A DNA stretch of 64,000 nucleotides from Candidatus Latescibacterota bacterium (GTDB lineage: Bacteria > Latescibacterota > UBA2968 > UBA8231): positions 1 through 64,000 of the forward strand of contig CBDCXV010000010.1 in NCBI GenBank assembly GCA_965223905.1, read 5' to 3'. Shown piece by piece: positions 57,230-64,000 of the stretch (the first letter of the stretch is position 1; each line of letters opens with the position of its first letter). The translations under genes were made by a program, and so were the position numbers. The notes below the pieces were generated by a model. That model did no database searches and was not told the origin of the DNA. It worked only from the letters and a program-made list of their open reading frames with translations.

Positions 57230-57332
57230 GGGGTGCCGCTGTTTCGAGGTGGTGGAGCGCTGCGGATCAAACCGCTGCCCCGGAAGTTCGAGGCATGGCG
57301 CGGCATGGCCTCGATTCATGCACCCCCTACCC
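57224..57332. repeat. REP/REPIN-like structured element with a 13-bp terminal inverted repeat
   Basis: GGGTAGGGGGTGC ... GCACCCCCTACCC enclosing internal hairpins such as TCGAGGC..GCCTCGA. Confidence 0.55.
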
Positions 57333-57386
57333 ACTACCAAATATCACCCTGTTCTTGTTTACCTTTCTATATAATTCCCGGCATAA

Positions 57387-57592
57387 GCCCTCCTACGCGG
57401 GGATAGCCCCGAGACGATCGACGGGCGCTTTGTGGAAGTCGCGGTTCCCCCGCACGCGCGGGGATAGCCCTTATCCGCAGATGGACGCGGCCTCTCAGGA
57501 GGGGGTTCCCCCGCACGCGCGGGGATAGCCCCGCCCTCCTCTCGATACAGCTCGACCTCATCAAGGTTCCCCCGCACGCGCGGGGATAGCCC
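57387..57592 (+). CRISPR. Orphan type I-E-like CRISPR mini-array: 3 intact repeats, 1 degenerate repeat, 3 spacers
   Basis: GGTTCCCCCGCACGCGCGGGGATAGCCC at 57443, 57504 and 57565 (61-bp period, 33-bp spacers); a partial repeat ends at 57409; no cas genes in the window. Confidence 0.93.
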
Positions 57593-57646
57593 CCTCGATT
57601 CGGTCTATTTTTCAAAACCCCTACTCTGACTGGAGGAAAAACACCT

Positions 57647-58804
57647 ATGAATCCAATCCTGCTACTGCTCATTATCCCGGTCGTTGCTGTCTCCGGGCAA
57701 GTTCATGAACCCGACCCGGGATGGCCGGTCTTCGCTCCCGATTCCAACCCCGACAGTCTCAACGTGGAACGGGTCGGCGAGATCGTGCTTCTCCCTACTC
57801 CGGAAGCCGGCGACGTAGGGTATGGAGCCGATTTCTATGTCTCCGGAAACCATGCCCTAATGTGCGACGTGCGCCGTTTTGTCCATGTCGTCGACATTTC
57901 CGACCCGGCCAATATGCGCAAAGTGGCCGAGGTCCAGACTCCGGGAGCGCCTCTGGACATCAAGATTTCCGGCAACCTGGCGGCGGTTGGAGTGCAGGAA
58001 ACCGATGACTTCGGTCTGCTCATCCTTGACCTGTCCGACCCGGCCAATCCCGTTGAATTATCCCGGCTGCACAAGGAAGGATGGGGCGGGATTCACAATC
58101 TGTTCGTTCACGGAGACCGCATTTACCTGGCCCACGCCGAAAGCTTGGGCATGACCATCGTGGACATTTCCGATCCGGCCAATCCGGTAATCTCGGGTTT
58201 CTGGAAGCACGATACCTTCAGCAACGTGATTCACGATGTATTCGTCCGGGATCATCTAGCCGTCGTCAGTGACTACGATTCCGGGCTGGTTCTTCTGGAC
58301 GTCAAGGACCCGGACAACCCCGAACTGTTGGCGTCTGTGTCCTTCATCGACGGCATGCACAGTGCCTGGGCGGAAGGCAACTACGTCTACTGTAACCAAG
58401 AGTTCGGCGGCTGGCACAAGGGGCTCAAGGTGGTCGATATTACGGACCCTCGTTCTCCGCAGAAGGTCCATGAGTTCGCCCCGGACTACCCGCCACCGAA
58501 TGAAGATATTCTCGGCTCTCACAACCCTTGGGCCCGGGACGGGCTGTTGTACTGGGCCTACTACGACGCCGGCCTGCGCGTCTTCGATCTCAGTAACCCG
58601 GCGCAGCCGGAAGAAGTCGGCTACCATACCTACCCCGGTTCCGCATGGAGCGTGCAGCCGCACGACGACGGCCTACTCTACGTCGCCGACAGCACGGTTG
58701 GCATTCAGGCGTACCGGTTCGACCGGTCCATCGGCGGCACTTCTACTGCCGTGAAGCCAGCCTCATGGGGCCGCGTAAAAACCTTGTTCAGAGACCGAAA
58801 CTGA
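57647..58804 (+). CDS. Secreted LVIVD-repeat beta-propeller protein
   Basis: Signal peptide, repeated 'VVDISDPANP', C-terminal 'TAVKPASWGRVK'. Confidence 0.88.
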   Translation: MNPILLLLIIPVVAVSGQVHEPDPGWPVFAPDSNPDSLNVERVGEIVLLPTPEAGDVGYGADFYVSGNHALMCDVRRFVHVVDISDPANMRKVAEVQTPGAPLDIKISGNLAAVGVQETDDFGLLILDLSDPANPVELSRLHKEGWGGIHNLFVHGDRIYLAHAESLGMTIVDISDPANPVISGFWKHDTFSNVIHDVFVRDHLAVVSDYDSGLVLLDVKDPDNPELLASVSFIDGMHSAWAEGNYVYCNQEFGGWHKGLKVVDITDPRSPQKVHEFAPDYPPPNEDILGSHNPWARDGLLYWAYYDAGLRVFDLSNPAQPEEVGYHTYPGSAWSVQPHDDGLLYVADSTVGIQAYRFDRSIGGTSTAVKPASWGRVKTLFRDRN

Positions 58805-59083
58805 AACCCGATTGTACTTAACCTACTGCGGTAAACCTAAAAGAGAGGGACATCCATGAAAGCAACTATCGCCCCGGTAAGCCTCCGGCAGCCGCGCGGT
58901 CACCGTGTCCTCGGCTAGAGGGCCTCGAGAAAGGGGTGCCTTTCCTTCTCTGTGATGGTATTCACCTGACAGTTGTCCATTGTCGAGGACAACCCATTCT
59001 GCCACATAGTACCTTCGCTGTCCATTTCCGTCTTATATATGAAAAGGCTTTTGAGAACAGCCCACCGGGGGGACAAAAACAAC

Positions 59084-59479
59084 ATGTCGAGAATGCGAGA
59101 CTTGGAAATCCGCAGTGACGAAAAAGAGCCGGATGGGCGCGTCCACGCCTGCATGAAAGGATCGCCGCGCCCTCCGGAGGATCTGGATTTCGGCAAAAGG
59201 CCGGAGGTGCCGGCGAAACTCTGGAACCTCCTGGACGAGATTCCTCGGGAAAGTCGCCGGATCTTCGTTCTCTTCCATATCGAGGGAAGCTCCTGCGAGG
59301 AGATCGGGGGCTTTCTCGGGCTCGCCGAGGAGTTGGTGAGAGCGCATCTGTCGAAGGCGGAAGGCCACGTACTGCATCGCGCACCCTGGATCAAGCTGTC
59401 GGAACTGACCGTCAGCAAGGCGCGCCACCAGCGGCTAGTGCTGCAGATCATGGCTTCTCTGCGATCCCGGGCAGGTTGA
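59084..59479 (+). CDS. Stand-alone sigma-70 region 4 HTH protein
   Basis: 'LDEIPRESRRIFVLFHIEGSSCEEIGGFLGLAEELVRAHLSKA'; no region 2. Confidence 0.6.
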   Translation: MSRMRDLEIRSDEKEPDGRVHACMKGSPRPPEDLDFGKRPEVPAKLWNLLDEIPRESRRIFVLFHIEGSSCEEIGGFLGLAEELVRAHLSKAEGHVLHRAPWIKLSELTVSKARHQRLVLQIMASLRSRAG

Positions 59480-59659
59480 CGCCCCGGGAGAGGCAGTTGG
59501 GAAACGGCAGGATGAACAAAGAACCGCCGGAGTAGCGCAGGGACAGGCCCTGTCCCCGCTCAAGGTTGCCCCGACGGCGGGCCCTTTCTTCCTGAGGTGC
59601 CCACGCGGACGAGCGAGCCAGCAGCTTGTTCCCGGTTGGGTCCCTGTTCAACGTATTCG

Positions 59660-60295
59660 TCATATCCGGGGCAATCCGGGCAACGAAAAGGACCGCCCTC
59701 GAGGGGATCGGCCGAAATGGCAGGTTGGACGAACAGCGGAATCGGTCAACACTTGCCTCGTCCCCTTTTTCCTGGTCAAGCCGCCTTCAGGACGAACTTG
59801 GCCGAACGGGCTGATCTCTGTGCGGGCTATTTCATGCAGACCGAGTTGGTTTTGCCTCGGTACACGCGCCGGAACAACGGCCCCTCCTCGATTCGGGCCG
59901 CTTCCAGCCACGCCTTGATTCTCTCCACGGTGGGAGGACCCAAAAACAGCATGACCCCGACGCCTTCCTGGTCCGTCTTGGAGCGCCGCACGGTAGCCCG
60001 GCCGTCGCCTTCCGGCTCGAAGGAGACGTCTGAGACCTCGAGGTCGGCCAGCTCGGAGATGCGCAGCAGGCCGTCGGACATCACCGCGATGATCGCCGCA
60101 TCGCGCAGCCCGAAAAGAGAGCCGTCGCCGGCGGCGATGGCCGCCGCTGCGTCTGCCTGCGAGAAGTTCACGCCCTGGGCTTGGCCCCGCCCGCGGCCGC
60201 GGCCCTTGCGCCGGATACCGGCCAGCACGCGATCGGTGGCCGGCCCGGTCGGAGAAGGCTCCCCGTTCAGCTTGGCGCGGAACCGGATCGCCGGA
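59660..60295 (-). pseudogene. Degraded paralog of the tyrosine recombinase at 45243
   Basis: Shares 'RVLAGIRR.GRGRGRGQA.GVNF', 'GLRDAAII.VMSDGLLR' and 'SKTDQEG'; lacks the N-terminus and intact HxxR/Y motifs. Confidence 0.85.
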
Positions 60296-60473
60296 ACCGC
60301 CGCCGGGCGCCGACGCGGACGTGTGGTATTCGATCCCGGCGAACATACATCGCAAGGCATCCGAAGTGGCCCAAGTGCTCCTGGGGGCCCGGCCCAACAA
60401 ATAACGCGCAAGCTCATAGCCCCTTGCCAAAGGGGCAGGGTGTAGGATAGATTGAGCAGTTAATCGGAAAGGG

Positions 60474-60546
60474 ATGGGGGACGGGGACTTGCACCCGACA
60501 TCTCGGCCCTCAAAAGGCCGCGTCCTACTTGTTGGACCGCACCCCA
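60474..60546 (-). tRNA. Degenerate tRNA-Gln(UUG)-like element
   Basis: Cloverleaf: acceptor TGGGGTG/TCCCCCA (one mismatch), D stem GTCC/GGAC, anticodon arm CGGCC-TTTTGAG-GGCCG, T loop TGCAAGT with an imperfect stem; no CCA. Confidence 0.55.
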
Positions 60547-60575
60547 TTTCCTTTCGCCTTTAAGCCGCCGCAGCC

Positions 60576-60840
60576 CTATGGGTCTGTGGCGGCTTGCGTT
60601 TCTGGTAAGATGTACCGATTTGGATTCTTGGAGGCGACTTCCACGCGCCCAATCCTGACAAGATTAGATACGTAGGCGTGAAAATTGGCCTTGGGGGATT
60701 TCCCGCTGCAAATCAATCCCGAGGCTGAAAACCGTTCCCAAATCTGGCCGATGGTCTGTGGCTCGGTGGCTTCTTTCAGAATCGAAATGATGGCACCGAC
60801 AACTTCCGGCCCTTGGATCTCCTTTTGTTCGTTCTCATTG
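60576..60840 (-). CDS. Winged-helix protein or fragment (HARE-HTH-like)
   Basis: 'AIISILKEATEPQTIGQIWERF..SGKSPKANFHAYVS..PNRY'; start uncertain. Confidence 0.45.
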
Positions 60841-60843
60841 CCA

Positions 60844-61203
60844 ATGACTAGGCCAATACTTTCCGCCGTTTGCCTCGGGGCCTTGCTGGCGTCTGCCGGT
60901 TGCGACCGCGTACTCGGGTCGCGCCCCGAGCTGGTCAAGTTTATCCTGGCGGACGAAATCCGCTCGCCGGCCGGCGTCTACGTGCTATCGGATTCCCGTT
61001 TTGAAGCGGGTGTCGTGCGGGGCGTATTCCTTGAGGTTGCCCTTGACCAAAGGGACAGCAGCAGTATGCACACGCCGCTTGGGGAATGGGCTCGGCACAA
61101 GGGGTGGGGTTCGATCACGTGGGCCGTAGTACCGGGGGCCGTTTGGATCAATGACCGCCACGAAAGGCTGAAAGGGACCACCGTTTGGGTTGCCCTTGGA
61201 TAA
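60844..61203 (+). CDS. Hypothetical lipoprotein
   Basis: 'MTRPILSAVCLGALLASAGC' lipoprotein signal. Confidence 0.55.
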   Translation: MTRPILSAVCLGALLASAGCDRVLGSRPELVKFILADEIRSPAGVYVLSDSRFEAGVVRGVFLEVALDQRDSSSMHTPLGEWARHKGWGSITWAVVPGAVWINDRHERLKGTTVWVALG

Positions 61204-61293
61204 GCCCCCCGGGAAAGGGCCGATTTTCCGGGCGTGCCAAAATCAATATGAAGCCGAAAACCTGGCCGCCCTGCCGGTAAGACCGGAGAACCG

Positions 61294-61422
61294 CTGCAGC
61301 GCTACGTTGACGAGTTTGCGGGGAGGCACAACACCCGGCACCTCGACACCATTGATATGATGATCCGCACGGCAGCCGGCTTGGTAGGGAAGCGGCTGCG
61401 TTACCGGGATCTGACAGCATGA
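61294..61422 (+). pseudogene. IS1595-family transposase C-terminal remnant
   Basis: 'LQRYVDEFAGRHNTRHLDTIDMM..GLVGKRLRYRDLT'. Confidence 0.8.
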
Positions 61423-61810
61423 AAGAGGGGGTTGTCATCCACCATGATGTCCCTGCCTTGCGGTGCCTCGCACTGCCAAGCTGCACCTTGGCATGCCAAA
61501 CCGCGTGGTGCCCAGCCCCGATGTCAGGATGACAACCCTCATTCATTACACTAATGGTGGTCTCGGAATCATAACAGCTGTACAAACGGTCAGGACGATC
61601 TCACTTGCCTGCCATGCGGTCCACGATCGCTTGGTTGTGACCCCATGCGTAGGCCCCTTTTTCCCTATCACTTAGGTCGCCTGGGCATTGATCGGGCAGG
61701 ATGATGAACTGTGCTCCATTGCCGTCAGCCTCGTCGTATCCTCGGTTATAGACTTTGTCCATAACCCTTCTTTCCTTCAGCTTGTGCCTTGAGAAACCCA
61801 TGGGGAAAAC

Positions 61811-62428
61811 CTATTCGTCCAATCGGAGTTGCAGTCCCAGAAAGAACTTGGTGTAAAGCGACGTGCTTGAGTCGTAGGAGTATTCGAGAACGCCGTTCGG
61901 GTCGCTGATGAATAGCTCGTTCAACGACTCGGTAATGGTCAACGACGGCTGGTCATCCTCATCGAAAGTGGCGGCGAAGTCATCGAACGGCTGCCAATCC
62001 ACAGGCCCTTGACCAACACGCAAGCCGTAACCGACTAGCTTGTTGACGAACGCCCCTTGAAAGTTCGTGGTGATGTCCTCGTCGTAGTAAGCCCAGCCCT
62101 TGCGGCCTTCAATCCACTGGAGCTGATAGCTTCCGCTGGAAGACTTCAGATTAAACACCAGTTCCTGCCACTGGAAAGCACCGACAGACAGGGAACCTCC
62201 ATCGGAACCTACCTCGACGGTGTCGTAGACCGTGACGGTGTTGGTATCGGGGTTGTCGCCCTGGTAGACGACGTTTTCGCCGCTGATATTGATCACGACT
62301 TGGCAGCCGGTCGTATCAGCGGCTTGTTCGGCAGCGGCTGTTTTTGGTGAGCCAGCAGGTCCCATTGGCCCTTCTGGACCTTGGCAGGCGAGGAGCAACA
62401 GCAGTGAGGGTAAGGCGAGCAGGCGCAT
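61811..62428 (-). CDS. Hypothetical lipoprotein with a short collagen-like segment
   Basis: 'LLLLACQGPEGPMGPAG'; GGAGG RBS. Confidence 0.75.
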   Translation of the reverse strand: MRLLALPSLLLLLACQGPEGPMGPAGSPKTAAAEQAADTTGCQVVINISGENVVYQGDNPDTNTVTVYDTVEVGSDGGSLSVGAFQWQELVFNLKSSSGSYQLQWIEGRKGWAYYDEDITTNFQGAFVNKLVGYGLRVGQGPVDWQPFDDFAATFDEDDQPSLTITESLNELFISDPNGVLEYSYDSSTSLYTKFFLGLQLRLDE

Positions 62429-62704
62429 GTTCCGTCCTCCGTGAGATTGGTCTCATGGTGCGGCTCCCCTGCGGGAGCCGGGCCTACCAATCCATCACCG
62501 GATGACGGGACGGCCCACTTATTTGCCAAGACAAAAGGTAGCTAACCCCTTGCCTCCGTGGTACTTCGGCTGTTCTATTCAGCGGGAGACCCGACAACTA
62601 CGCGGGTTTCCGATGACAGATTGGTCCTATACTGGCTCTCAAGAAGAAAATGCGTATAATCGCAGTATTCTATTGACCATTGGAAGGAAAAGGACAATCT
62701 CCCC

Positions 62705-62733
62705 TTGACATTTTGTTCTTGTCTAAGTAAGTT
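62705..62733 (+). promoter_or_regulatory. Sigma-70 promoter
   Basis: TTGACA-17 bp-TAAGTT directly before the RNA repeats. Confidence 0.65.
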
Positions 62734-62737
62734 AAAG

Positions 62738-62858
62738 ACAACCACCCATGCCTCGTTGCATGGCCCCCATGGGTTTCGGCTCTTGGGGCAACGTACAGCC
62801 ACCCATACTGGCTTGCCAGTATGGCCCCCAGGGGTTTCGGCCCCTGGGGTATTTTTTT
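62738..62858 (+). ncRNA. Candidate structured RNA: two tandem units, each with two hairpins, ending in a terminator-like T-tract
   Basis: Units 62738-62794 and 62795-62858 share ACA(A/G)CCACCCAT..ATGGCCCCCA.GGGTTTCGGC.C.TGGGG; stems are kept despite sequence change; T7 follows unit 2. Confidence 0.6.
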
Positions 62859-62873
62859 GACAGGGGCTCCAGT

Positions 62874-63539
62874 TTGGATACGGGGAAAACGGAGAAGAAA
62901 AAGAAAAAGACGGAGAAGAAAAAGAAAGTTGACGTATTCATTGATGGGTTCAACCTCTATCACGCTATAGACAATCTGAATAAACCTCATCTCAAATGGG
63001 TTGATCTTTGGAAGTTGTCAGAGTGTTTTATATCAAAGAAAACACATAAAATAGGAAGAGTTTTTTATTTCACATCTATGGCCAGATGGAAACCTTGTTC
63101 GCATAAAAGGCAAGAGGCATTTTTGGATGCTATACACTCTAAAGGAGTCGAAGTTTGGTACGGAAGGTTTCAGAGGAAACCCTTACAGTGTGATAAATGC
63201 AAGTACAAGTGGTTCACCTGGACAGAGAAACAGACCGATGTTAATATTGCCTCGTTTCTTGTCGGACGTGCGGCATTGAATAAATTCGACTCAGCTATTT
63301 TTATTTCTCAAGATTCTGATTTCGTCGTTGCTATTAGAACGATGGGTCATTTCAAAAAACCAATTAAAATTGTTACGCCACCTCGAAGAAAACATAGCAC
63401 AGAGCTTGTAAATGCCGCATCGGGAAACAAGGGGAAAATAATAATTCCTCAACTTGAGAATTGTCAGCTTGAAACCGTAGTCAAAGACAGCGATGGGAAT
63501 ACTATTGCAGTACGTCCACCAGAATACATGCCACCTTAA
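62874..63539 (+). CDS. NYN/LabA (PIN-fold) domain protein, putative ribonuclease
   Basis: 'VFIDGFNLYH', 'EKQTDVNIA', 'SQDSDF'; AT-rich; TTG start at 62874 is assumed. Confidence 0.9.
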   Translation: MDTGKTEKKKKKTEKKKKVDVFIDGFNLYHAIDNLNKPHLKWVDLWKLSECFISKKTHKIGRVFYFTSMARWKPCSHKRQEAFLDAIHSKGVEVWYGRFQRKPLQCDKCKYKWFTWTEKQTDVNIASFLVGRAALNKFDSAIFISQDSDFVVAIRTMGHFKKPIKIVTPPRRKHSTELVNAASGNKGKIIIPQLENCQLETVVKDSDGNTIAVRPPEYMPP

Positions 63540-63555
63540 GCATAGGAGAAGGGAA

Positions 63556-63714
63556 ATGGCTAAGAAGCAAAGCTCAGATGATGTGTCCTCTTTGGCAGGA
63601 CGTGTATTAGCTGGAAAGAGGCCCACTCCCAAAGAAGCCAGAAAGTTAGCTGGTTCTGTATTGTCTCAAGATGAGAATAAAGGAAAGAGAGGATCTTCTA
63701 GAAAGAAGAGATAG
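63556..63714 (+). CDS. Small basic hypothetical protein
   Basis: 'MAKKQSSDDVSSLAGRVL..KLAGSVLSQ' after a purine-rich RBS. Confidence 0.6.
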   Translation: MAKKQSSDDVSSLAGRVLAGKRPTPKEARKLAGSVLSQDENKGKRGSSRKKR

Positions 63715-63724
63715 GCAGTTTGAA

Positions 63725-63889
63725 ATGAGACTTTTGGACCGCTTACTGAGGCGCAGGCCCGCTGAGCCTGACTATACGGACATGCATGAGCCGATCCCCG
63801 ATACGCCTGAGAACATCGCTCGGGCGCTTCTGATGAGCCCGCCAGAAGATGACTGGGTTGAGGAAGAGGTTGATGGAGACCCCCCGTGA
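63725..63889 (+). CDS. Small hypothetical protein ('IPDTPENIARAL')
   Basis: Short ORF downstream of the small basic protein. Confidence 0.45.
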   Translation: MRLLDRLLRRRPAEPDYTDMHEPIPDTPENIARALLMSPPEDDWVEEEVDGDPP

Positions 63890-64000
63890 AGCCTTGGTAA
63901 ATTGCGTCTGCATTATCAGGCTGATGAGGGAAAAAGGGCTTGGTTATGGGGAAGCCTGCGAAGAGGTTAGAAGGAGAGATCCCAAGGGCCGTGTATTAGG

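Noticed and set aside
56996-58804. cas genes flanking the CRISPR array
   Set aside because: The neighbours are a short hypothetical protein and an LVIVD secreted protein with no Cas motifs.
62738-62858. CRISPR array upstream of NYN
   Set aside because: Only two units, and the variable part is a short self-pairing stem rather than a spacer.
62748-62873. N-terminal extension of NYN given by the ORF track
   Set aside because: It overlaps the hairpin repeats and T-tract; a TTG with an AGGGG RBS lies closer to the domain start. Not formally excluded.

Overview
This is a high-GC bacterial window with clusters of intact housekeeping genes set among accessory DNA that is heavily decayed. The secreted proteins (LDL-receptor YWTD, cadherin and FN3 repeats, FlgD/T9SS-like tails, 'SWG.IK' C-termini) suggest a Latescibacterota/Gemmatimonadota-type, possibly sponge-associated organism; this is inference only. 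1-6.9 kb: a broken defence island with a DUF1156-type methylase interrupted by an 80-bp TA-flanked MITE, a UvrD helicase, an SNF2 N-terminus fused to an OLD/TOPRIM C-terminus, and two Phd-PIN TA pairs. 7-21.3 kb: heme A synthase, a NuoEF-like subunit plus a selenocysteine formate dehydrogenase (in-frame UGA and SECIS), FdhD, a sulfatase, a CCA-adding enzyme, a stand-alone IMP cyclohydrolase, an AbiE pair and an aldolase. 21.3-42 kb: two giant repeat-rich surface proteins. 42-64 kb: a complete IS1380, two inverted Cre-like recombinase paralogs, a hybrid kinase with a duplicated 3' end, IS1595 remnants, an orphan type I-E CRISPR mini-array, a degenerate tRNA-Gln-like element, and a low-GC NYN RNase gene. 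The best candidate for an undescribed system is that NYN gene: it is preceded by a promoter, two tandem structured RNA repeats and a terminator, which is a type III toxin-antitoxin-like layout.
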